The position numbers were made by a program, and so were the translations under genes. The notes under the pieces are model-generated. The model had not been told where the DNA came from and did not search any database. It saw nothing but the letters and a program-made list of their open reading frames with translations. A DNA stretch of 63,504 bases, counting the filler, from Chiloscyllium plagiosum (lineage: Eukaryota), in assembly GCF_004010195.1 (NCBI RefSeq). It is 4 parts of one record of this genome, joined end to end, with 100 filler letters (N's around TTAATTAATTAA, not from the genome) between each part and the next. Parts side by side here need not be neighbours in the genome. Positions count along the whole stretch, not along the records: positions 1 to 28,211 come from NC_057711.1; 3 more parts are not named here. The stretch is one strand, 5' to 3'. Shown one piece after another: positions 13,105 to 23,669 of this stretch (its first letter is position 1; each line of letters starts with the position of its first letter).

Positions 13105-15580
13105 TTAAAGGCTTAGGTGGGGAGGAATTTGTTAAATGTGTTCAATAAAACTTTCTCAATCAATATGTAGATGGTCCTACTGGAGAAGGGGCAAAGTTTG
13201 ATATCCACATGGGAAATAAGGCAGGCAGGTGACTGAGGTGAAGTGGGTGAGCAATTTGGGACCAGTGACCATAATTCAATTAGCTTTAAATACTTATGGA
13301 AAACAATAGGCCTTGCATAAACATTAAAGTTCAAAATTGGAACAAGGCCAATTTTGACTGTGTTAGACAGGAACTTTCAAAAGTTCATTGGGATAAGCTG
13401 CTCTGAGGTAAAGGAATGACTGACAAGAGGGAAGTTTTCAAAAGCAAGATAATGAAAGCTCAGAGACAGTGTGTTCCTGTCAGAGTGATGGGCAAGGTTG
13501 ATAGGAGTTGGGAACACTGGATGACAATAGATATTGAGGCTCTAGTCAAGAAAAATAAGGGTGCATGTCCAGGGATAGACAGCTGGGATCAAGTGAATAT
13601 GTTGAGGAGTATAGGGGTACACTTAATAGGGAAATCAGGAGGGCAAAAAGAAAACATAAAATAGCTTAGGCAGAGAAGGTTAAGGAGAATTTAAAGAGAT
13701 TCTAAAATTATATTAAGGGCAAAAGAGTAGGGAAAGAATAGGGCCCTTAAAGATAACAAAGCATCTAAAGAAGAAGCCACAGGAAATGAGTGAGATCCTA
13801 AATGAATATTTCACGTTAACAATTACTATGAAGAAAGTCATGGAAGCTCAGGAACTCAGGGAAATAAATGATGATGTTTTGAAAAGAGTTCACATTACAG
13901 AAGTGGAGGTGCTGGAGGTCTTAAAATACATTTAAAAAAAGCATAAATTGCTGGAAAAGCTCAGCAGAAATGGCAGCATCTATTGAGAGAAATTAAAGTC
14001 AACAGTTTGGGTCCAGTGACCCTTCACTATGGCTGCCAAAGCTGTTGAGCTTTTCCAGAAATTTCAGTTTTTGCTTCTGATTTCCAGCATCCATCATTCT
14101 TATGATTTTAGATAGATAGATAGATGAAGGGAGAGCAGTAAACATTGCCTACATGAGCTTCAGGAAGGCTTTTGAGAAGGTTCCACATTGGAAGACTGGT
14201 TAATGAACATTAGCTCACATGGGATCCAAGATGAGTGGCAAATTGGATATAAAATTGGCTTGACGGTGGGAGACAGAGGGTGATGGTAGAGGGATGTTGT
14301 TCAGACTGGAGATCGGTGACCACCAGAGTGCTACAACACTCAGTGCTGGGTCCACTGATGCTTGTCATTTATATCTGTATGAAAATATAGGAGGCATGAT
14401 TAATAAGTTTCAGATGACACTGAAATTGGTGGTATAGTGGACAGTGAAGAAAGCTATCTAAGAGTAGAAAAGAATCTTGATCAACTGGGCCAGTGGGCCG
14501 AGGAAAGGCAGTTGGAGTTTAATGTGGATAAATACAAGGTTTTTGGTAAGACAAACCAGGACAGAACTTACACTGTTCATGGTGGGGTCCTGGGAATGTT
14601 GTCGGACAGAGCAACCTAGGGATGCAGATATGTAGTTCCTTAAAAGTGGCATCAAGGGTAAACAGCATGGCGAAGAAGGCATTTGGGACGCTTGCCTTCT
14701 ATGGCTAGGAGTTGGATCATCATGTTGCAGCTGTTGTTGTAGACTTTATTGAGGCCACATTTGTAGTACCACGTCCAATTCTGGTTGCCTTGCAATTGGA
14801 AGGTATCATTGAAGTGGAAAGTGTGCAAGAAAGATTTACAAGGATGTTATTGAATTGGAGAATTTGAGTTATAAGGGGAGGCTAGATAGGCTGGGACCTT
14901 TATCCCTGGATCATGTAAGCCTGAGGGGTGACCACACAGAAGTTTACAAAATCATGCAGGGCATATAGTGAATAGCCAAGGTATTTTCCACAAGGTAGAG
15001 GAGTTCAAAACTAGTTGATTAGATTACATTACAGTGTGGAAACAGGCCCTTCGGCCCAACAAATCCACACCGACGCGCCGAAGCGAAACCCACCCATACC
15101 CCTACATTTACCCCTTACCTAACACTACGGGCAATTTAGCATGGCCAATTCACCTTACCTGCACATCTTTTGGACTGTGGGAGGAAACCGGAGCACCCGG
15201 AGGAAACCCACACAGACACGGGGAGAACGTGCAAACTCCACACAGTCAGTCGCCTGAGGCGGGAATTGAACCCGGGTCTCAGGCGCTGTGAGGCAGCAGT
15301 GCTAACCACTGTGCCACCGTGCCGCCCACTAGTTGGCATATGTTTAAGTTGAGAGGAGTCAAAAGGGATCTGAGGGGCAACTTTTTCCACACAGAGGTGG
15401 TGACAGAGGCAGGTACAATTACAATATTTAAAAGACATTTGGACAGATAACTGGATAGAAAATGTTTCGAGGGATATGAGCCAAATGCAAGCAAATAGGA
15501 GTAGTTCAGTTTAAGAAATCTGGTCAGCATGAGTTGGGCCAAAGGGTCTATTTCCATGTTGCATGACTTTATGACTCTAT
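13105..15580 (+). mobile_element. CR1 LINE, 5'-truncated with 3' end, carrying nested insertions
   Basis: EHFGTSDHN-like, DTEIGGIVDSEE and QWAEERQLEFNVDK motifs. 3' tail ...TTTATGACTCTAT at ~15570. Confidence 0.85.
15018..15327 (-). mobile_element. tRNA-derived V-SINE (HE1-like), full length with 8-bp TSD
   Basis: Head GGGCGGCACGGTGGCACAGTGG (A box) and GGTTCAATTCC (B box). V-domain GGAGTTTGCACGTTCTCCCCGTGTCTG and a CR1-like tail. TSD ACTAGTTG at 15010-15017 and 15328-15335. Confidence 0.9.
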
Positions 15581-15800
15581 AACAAAATCTAGACAACGTC
15601 CAGCTTGGAATGACAAGTGGCAAGTACTATTCACACCACACAAATGCCAGGCAATGACCACCTCCAATAAGGAGCAATATACTGATTGCCCTCTTGACAT
15701 TTAATGATGTTATCATCACTGTCAACATCTTTGGGGTTACCACTGTCTAGAAACTCAACTGGACCAGTCACATAAAGACAGGGCTCCAAGGGCAGGTTAC
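15581..15800 (+). mobile_element. Older LINE RT fragment, right part
   Basis: Resumes with LDNVQ then DKWQVLFTPHKCQAM after the CR1 insertion. Confidence 0.6.
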
Positions 15801-17379
15801 ATAAAATGGAATTCTATTGGAAATCAATGCGCATTAATTCAGGAACTTAAGGTCTTTTAATAGTATCTCACATGAACTTCCACAGATTACAAATGGCACT
15901 CCTTAGAGAATGTTCTGGAGTCTGCATTTAACTCAGTTGAATGCAACTAAGTTCAATCCTAAGCATTCTATTTTTCAATGTCTCAAACTGAACATTGCAT
16001 TTTCTATGTGATATGCTTATCACAGTTGCAATATCTAGCACAATTTGTAAAATTGTGGAGTTATTTTCTCTTCATCCACTGTATTATCCAGAAATAAAAA
16101 AGACTGGATGTTCTGGAGAAACTTAGCAAGTCTGGCAGCAACTATGAGTAAAGAAAAAAATTTAACATTTTAAGTCCAGTGTGACGCTTCTTTGGAACCA
16201 CCCGGACACAAAATGTTAACACTGCATTTCTCTCCCCAAAGATGCTGCTAGACCCGCTGAGCTTCTCAGTACTTTCAGTTTTTATTTCAGATTTTCAGAA
16301 CCTGCTGCATTTCCTTGCATTATAGTTGTGACATCTGGTTTCGGTGAGGCAATTATATTCACTCTGGAAGATTAAGGCTTTGTACTTACACAGGTTTCAT
16401 TTAAGTGTTATCCAGCCTTTGTGTCCACAAGCTGCATCTGAACATTAACTGGTATAGGCGGACCTACATAACCACCTTTGGACTGCATTTGATTCTGAAT
16501 TGAGCTCACCTAAAGACAGAAACAGGAAAGGTCAGATGAAAAATGGCTGGTTTTGTCAGCACTGGACTACCACAGCTAACGTGCTGCAAAAAGACACACT
16601 GAGATTTTCACAGAGTGCTTACTTAACGAATGTTCCGATGTGCAATTGCAAGGATGATGCTGACAATGACTGACTGTTTTTGCTCTCAACTAATGGTTCC
16701 AGCTGAAGTCAATGGTACAAATGCTAGAGATTTCATGAACCTGTGCTGAAGTCCAAGAACAATCATTTGGAGGCAAAAGATAATTTGAATGAGTCAAAGT
16801 ATTATGCAGTGTCCTCAAGGGATAATGTTTGTTTTTCATAGGATTTCTTCTCACTATCTGGTGCATGGTTTACTCTTTGAAGATTGAAGGACGTTTTTAC
16901 TTCCTCTCAAGTGAAAGAACAAATGGAAATGACCTGCTTCCATGCTATAGGGATTCTATGATTCTAGGAAAGTCATCTTGTGGAATCATGTATTTACTTT
17001 AAAAGCTGATATTAATCATTGCTGAATGTACATTACTAGAGATAATCTGCATACATCGCATTAACCAAGATCCTTTATATGTGTAAGTGTCAATTTTAGT
17101 TAAAAGAATATATCTCATTTTTGGAAATGGATTCATTAAGGGTGGATTCATTTTGGAATTTAAATTAGGATTTTCTTTAACCATGCAGACATGGAGCCAT
17201 TACACACAAATACTACACTCCACAGGTTAATCCTTACCAGTTATAACAGCTAGGTTTAGGCTTTAGGTTTTATTGATACATGTACTCAAGTACAGAACTA
17301 CAAGAATACAGTGAAAAGTTTACAATGTTGCATCTCATGGTGCCATCTTAGGTGAAGTGACTTCACCTGATGAAGGAGC

Positions 17380-17445
17380 AACACTTTGAAAGCTTCTGAT
17401 TTCAAGTGAACCTATTAGACTATAATCTAGTGTCTGTGACTTCTC
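17380..17445 (+). mobile_element. Penelope pLTR remnant with a degenerate hammerhead
   Basis: CAC-CTGATGA-AGGAGCAACACTTT-GAAA-GCTT; same family as 44888 and 60396. Confidence 0.6.
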
Positions 17446-18066
17446 ACTTAATTCATACAAGTGTCACATGAGTGCCCAAACAAAGCTATGTTTCACAAAT
17501 AAAAAGAGCCGAGCCATCATAATTGGCTGTTAAAATCTGTAGAAAGAATTATTAATTTGTTCTCCACAAGAGAGAAACATGTCTTTATTATCTTCTAAAA
17601 CATTTCTGAACCTAACTCCACAATAACTGTTATAGTCCAGAAGAGTATCATTTGATGCAAAATTAATCTGTCTGTACATTAACTGTGCTCAACAGTGATA
17701 GCAATCAGAATCTTTTCCAATAAAAGCAAAGTACTGTGGATGCTGAAAATTTGCTAAAAACTGAAACTTCTGGAGAAATGTCAGAAGAGTCATACTGAAC
17801 TTGAAACATTAACTTTGTTTCTTCATAAATGCTGCTGGACCTGTGGGGTTTCTCCAACAAATTTTGTTGTTGGGAATTTTTCTACTTCTCTTCTTGCAGT
17901 TACGAATTAAAAACAATGGGAAATCTTCCTTAAGTGAAAAAGCTTTGGACCTTTTTAAGCCCTGGATTTTCTCAGTCACTCGGTGGCACATCCAAACTAG
18001 CAAATATACATTGAATATAGAAGTCTGGTCGTAATTTCTAGCAGAAAGCATTTTCATCAGAGGTAG

Positions 18067-18367
18067 GGCACAGTGGTTACCACTGCTGCCTCACAGCACC
18101 AGAGACCCGGGTTCAATTCCCGCCTCAGGCGACAGACTGTGTGGAGTTTGCACATTCTCCCCGTGTCTGTGTGGGTTTGCTCCGGTTTCTTCCCACAGTC
18201 CAAAAATGTGCAGGTTAGGTGAATTGGCCATGCTAAATTACCTGTAGCGTTAGGTGAAGGGGTAGCTGTAGGAGAATGGGTCTGGGTGGGTTGCGCTTCA
18301 GTGGGTCGGTGTGGACTTGTTGGGCCGAAGGGCCTGTTTCCATACTGTAAGTAATCTAAATCTAAAC
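18067..18367 (+). mobile_element. V-SINE (HE1-like)
   Basis: GGCACAGTGG, GGGTTCAATTCCCGCC, V-domain, and tail GGGCCTGTTTCCATACTGTAAGTAATCTAAATCTAA. Confidence 0.88.
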
Positions 18368-18699
18368 TGTAAGGGGAGGAAAGGGGCTAGAGGTCAGCCA
18401 AATATTAATGTAACCAGAACTCAACTGAATTCAAAGAGACCTATTACAAGGGTCTTATCTTACAGAATGCAAGCTATGACCTTTTTAGAGAACTTGTAAA
18501 TGTTCATGAAGGTCTATAAAATTATGAACCAGTGAAGTTAGTGAAATCCTCAACTCCTTAAAAATTGATTTTTTTTCTGTTATAGAGTTTACAAGAATTA
18601 GTTCTAACAATTTCAATAGCTGTTTGTTGACGTAGTAAATATTCTCTTTAAAGTTTATTATTGCTTAGCTGCTTTTTAAAATTTATCAATAGCATCGTC

Positions 18700-18805
18700 C
18701 AGTGATTGGAACTAGATGTATCTCATTAACTATGAGATTCTAGACTGGAGTTGTTAACCTGGGGCAATCAGTAATGCCTTGGCTGACCAATATAACTAGG
18801 AAAGC
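18700..18805 (+). mobile_element. 5' part of a Gypsy LTR that hosts the tandem array
   Basis: AGTGATTGGAAC...ATTAACTATGAGATT...GTTAACCTGG..CAATCAG...GGCTGAC..TATAA. Aligns by eye with the LTR starts at 1891 and 61064. Confidence 0.65.
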
Positions 18806-18807
18806 CT

Positions 18808-18896
18808 TATTTTATTTTGATTTAATTTTTTATTTTGATTTATTTTGATTTATTTTTTATTTTGATTTAATTTTATTTTGTTTTATTTTGATTTAA
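18808..18896 (+). repeat. (TTTTATTTTGAT)-type low-complexity expansion
   Basis: Reiteration of TATTTTGATTTA, the motif that ends the ORF remnant in each array unit. Confidence 0.8.
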
Positions 18897-21800
18897 TCCC
18901 TACCCTTCCCTTCACTTTTTTGATCACGCAACATTGCCTTTTGATGAGAAGGGCATTGCTCGTCACTGGCCACCCTGGTGTTTTCTTTTTTCCTGGTGGT
19001 GGGAATTGAATAAAGATTTGTACACCTGTTGTCTTTCACTGTGTCTCACACCTGCACACACGCCACATAGGTGCTGGGGAAAATATAAGCACTACCGCAG
19101 TTAGGCAGTAGTGTGGGGATAAAGAAACAGGGAAAAAAAAACAGGAGATTTAGAGTCTCCTCAGTTTAGGGGACAGACTCCGTGGTGGGAAAAAAATAAC
19201 TAGGAGAGTCCTCAGGGAGAGGAGGGCACTGCGAGATGTGCAGTGTTTTATTTCCCCCCTCTGATTCTATTTTGACTTAATCCCAGCCCTCTCCTTCACT
19301 TTTTTGATCACTCATCATTGTCCTTTATTGAGAAGAGTGCTGCTTATTACTGTTCACTCAGGTTCTTGCATTCTTCATGGTGGTGGAATACAAATAAAGA
19401 TTTACGCACTTGTTGTTCTTCACTGTGTCCTACACCTGCACACACACAATATGGTTCCTGGGGAAAATAAGCACTACCGCACATAGGCGGTAGTGTGAGA
19501 GTTATATATATATGAAAAAAGAAGAGGTAAAAAAAGGAAAAAGAAATATAACTAGGAGAGCCTTTAGGGAGAGGTGGACACTGCGAGTCGTGGAGTGTTT
19601 TATTTCCCTCTCTGATTCTATTTTGATTTCATCCCAGCCCTCCCTTTCACTTTCTCGAACACTTAGGCATTGCCCTTTAATGAGAAGGGCACTGCTCGTC
19701 ACTGGCCACGCGGGTGGTTCTTTTCTTCCTGGTGGTGAAATGTCAATGAAGTTTTCTGCATTTGTCACTGTCTTCACTGTGTCTAACACCTGTACACACA
19801 CAGCATGAGTGCTGGGGAAAAATAAGCACTGCCGCATTTGGGCAGGAGTGTGGGGGTTTGGAAAAAGAAAGAAAAGATAATCAGGAGAGCCTTTAGGAAG
19901 AAGTGGGCACTGTGAGGCATGGAGGGTTTCATTTCCCCCTCCAATTTTATTTTGATTTAATCCCGACTCTCCCTTTCACTTTTTTGTTCACTTCGACATT
20001 GCCCTTGAAGAGAAGGGCACTGTTTCTCACTGGCCACTCGAGTGTTTTTCTCCTGGTGGTGGAATACAAATGACGTTTTCTGCACTCGCAATTTCTTCAC
20101 TGTGTCCGACACCTAGGGGCACATGACCTGGGTGCTGGGGAGTAATGAGCACTGCTGCTGTTTGGCAGTAGCATGGGGATTAAAAAATATACACATATAG
20201 AAACTGGGGATTCAGAAAATCATCAGTTCAGAAAAAAAATAACTGGGAAAGCATTCAGGGAGAGTTTGGCACTGCGGGTCGTGGAGTGTTTTATTTCCCC
20301 CTCCAATTCTATTTTGATATAACATCTGCAGACTACTTCACTTTTTTGTTCACTTAATCATTGCTCTTGAAGAGAAGCACACTGCTTGTCACTGGCCATT
20401 CAAGTGTTTTCTTCCTGGTGGTGCAATAAAGTTTTCTGCACTCATTATTTCTTCACAGTATCCTACACCTACATGCACATGACATGGGTGCTGGGAGAAA
20501 TGGCAGTAGTGTGGGAGATTTTCAAAAAAGTAACCAGGAGATTAAAAAAACACAGGGGATTCAAAATCTCCTCACTTCAGGGACTCACTCTGAGCTGCCT
20601 GACCACAGCCAGAAATAAAAGGGGCACTTGGTAGTAGTATACTAGGCTCTGAAAAAAAAAAGGACAGCCTTCAGGGACAGGTGGACCTTGCGAGGTATGG
20701 AGTGCTTTGTTTCCCTTGCCAACTCTTTTTTGATACAAACTCTGCCCACTCCTTCCCTTTTTCGTTCACGTAGGCTTTGCCCTTGAAGGAAAGGCATTGA
20801 TTGCAATTGGCCACTCAGATTTTTTTTTGCTGGTGGTGGGACATGAATAAGTTTTCTGCACTCGTTTCTTCACTGTGTCCTACACCTACATACACATGAC
20901 ATGGGGACTGGGGAGAGATCAGCATTCCTGCTAGGGAAGCATCCTTTCACTTTTTCTTTCACTCAGGCACTGCCCTTGAAGAGAAGAGCACTGCTTGTCA
21001 CTAGCCAAAATAAGAGGGATTTTCAAAAAAATATAAACAGGGAAGTCAGCATCTCCACAGTTAAAAGAAGTACAACCAGGAGAGACTTCAGGGAAAGGTG
21101 GGCACCATGAAGCATGGAATGTTTTGTTTCCCTAGCCAACTTTATTTTGTTATAACTCCTGCCCTCCCATTCAATTTTTCATTCATATAGGCATTTCTCT
21201 TGAAGAGAAAGACACTGCTTGTCACTGGCCATTCAGGTGTGCATTATTTTCTACCTGGTGGTGCTATACGAACAAAGTTGTTTGCACTGAAGTGTGGGCG
21301 AATGAAAAACAATAAACAGGGGATTCAGAATCTCAGTTCAGAAAAAAAATTACCAAGAGAGCCTTCAGCCTTTATCTCCCCCTCCAACTGTATTTTGATA
21401 TAAACCTTACTGCTCCCCCTTTCACTTTTTCTTTTACTTGGGTGTTGCCCTCGAAGAGAAGGACATTGCTCTTCACTGGCTACTCAGGTGTTTTCATCCT
21501 CAACTACATGCATACAACATTGGGTGCTGGGGAGAAATAAACACCATTCCTGTTAGGCAGTAGAGTGGAGATTAACTGAAAAAAATAACCAGGAGAGCCT
21601 TCAGGGAGAGGTGGGTACCGTGGGGCGTGGAGTGCTCTGTTTCTCCCGCCAACTCTGTTTTGCTAGTTTTGCTAGGATCCCTACCACCACCACCACCCCC
21701 CACCCTCTTTTCATTTACTAAGGAATTGCCCTTGAAGAGAAGGGCACTGCTTGTCACTGGCCACTCGGGTGTTATTTTCCTGGTGGTGGAACACAAATTA

Positions 21801-21960
21801 AGTTTTCTGCACTTGATGTTTCTTCATTGTGCCCTACACCTACATGCACACGACATGGGTATTAGGGACTAATGAGCACTAGTGCTGTTTAGCAGTAGTG
21901 TGGGGTATTAAAAAAAATATATAAAAACAGGGGATTCAGAAACTCCTCAGTTCAGAAAGA

Positions 21961-23669
21961 ATTTGAAACTCTTGTCAAGAGAAAGAAGAAGTCTTATGTT
22001 AGGATGAGACATGAAAGCTCAGTTAGGGTGCTTGAGAGTTACAAGGTAGCCAGGGAAGACCTAAAGAGAGCTAAGAAGAGCCTCGAGGGGACATGAGAAG
22101 TTGTTGGTGGATAGGATTAAGGAAAACCCTAAAGTTTTCTATAGGTATATCAAGAATAAAAGAATGACGAGAAAAAGATTCGGGCCAGTCAAGGATAGTA
22201 GCAGAAAGTTGTGCAAGGAGTCCGAGGAGATGGGGAAGCGCTAAATGAATATTTTTCGACAGTATTCACACTGGAAAAAGACAATGTTGTTGAGGAGAAT
22301 ACTGAGATACAGGCTACTAAACTAGATGGGATTGAAGTTTACAAGGAGGAGATGTTAGCAATTCTGGAAAGTGTGAAATTAGATAAGTCCCCGGGGCCAG
22401 ATGGGATTTATCCTAGGGTTCTTTGGGAAGCCAGGGAGGAGATTGCAGAGTCTTTGGCTTTGATCTTTATATTGTCATTGTCTAGAGGAATAGTACCAGG
22501 AGACTAGAGGATAGCAAATGTTGTCCCCTTGTTCAAGAAGGGAAGTAGAGACAACCTTGGCAATTATAGACCAGTAAGCCTTAATTCAATTGTGGGTAAT
22601 GTGTTGGAAAAGGCTATTTGTGATCATCTAGAAAGGAATAAGTTGATTAGGGATCATCAACATGGTTTTGTGAAGGGTGGGTCGTGCCTCACAAATGTTA
22701 TTGAGTTCTTTCAGAATGTGACCAAACAGGTGGATGAATGTAAAGCAATTGATGTGGTGTATATGGATTTCAGTAAGGCGTTTGATAAGGTTCCCCATGG
22801 TAGGTTATTGCACAAAATATGGAGGCATTGGATTGAGGGTTATTTAGAGACTTGGATCAGAAATTGGCTAGCTGAAAGAAGGCAGAGGGTGATGGTTGAT
22901 GGGAAATGTTATTCCTGGAGTTCAGCTCCTAGTGGTATGCCGCAAGGATCTGTTTTGAGGCCGCTGCTGTTTGTTATTTTTATAAGTGACCTAGATGAGG
23001 GTGTAGAAGGATGGGTTGGTAAATTTGCAGATGACACTAAGTCAGTCGAGTTGTGGATAGTGCTGAAGGATGTTGAAGGTTGCAGAGGGAAATAGGTAAG
23101 CTGCAGAGCTGGGCTGAGAGGTGGCAAATGGAGTTTAATGTGGAAAAATGATTAACTTTGGAAGGAGCAACAGAAATAAAGAGTACTGGGCTAATGGTAA
23201 GATTTTTGGTAGTGTAGATGAACAGAGAGATCTCTGTGTCCATGTACAAAGATCCCTGAAGGTTTCCACCCAGGTTGATAGAGCTGTTGAGAAGGCATAT
23301 GGTGTGTTAGCTTATATTGGTAGAGGGATTCAGTTTTGGAAACACGAGGTCATGCTGCAGCTGCACAAAACTCTGCTGCGGCCGTACTTGGGGTACTGCG
23401 TGCAGCTCTGGTCAGCACATTATAGGAAGGATGTGGAAGCTTTGGAAAGGGCTCAGAGGAGATTTATTAGGATGTTGCCTGGTATGGAGGGAAGGTCTTA
23501 TGAGGAAAGACTGAGGGACTTGAGGCTGTTTTCGTTAAGAGAGAAGAAGGTTGAGAGGTGACTTAATAGAGACATATAAGAGAATCTGAGGGTTAAATAG
23601 TGTGAACAGTCAGAGCCTTTTTCCTTGGATGGTGATGGCTGGCATAAGGGGACATAGCTTTAAATTGAG
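21961..23669 (+). mobile_element. CR1 ORF2 (RT) inserted into the array
   Basis: NYRPVSL, QHGFVKGGSCLTN, YMDFSKAFDKVPH, GMPQGSVL and KFADDTK motifs. No 3' tail; the array resumes at ~23670. Confidence 0.92.

Noticed and set aside
15250..15327. tRNA gene
   Set aside because: The A/B boxes belong to a SINE head with body, tail and TSD.
18931..18960. TGATGA/TGAAGA loop of HP1 as a hammerhead or C-box
   Set aside because: No preceding C and no correctly placed GAAA or D box.
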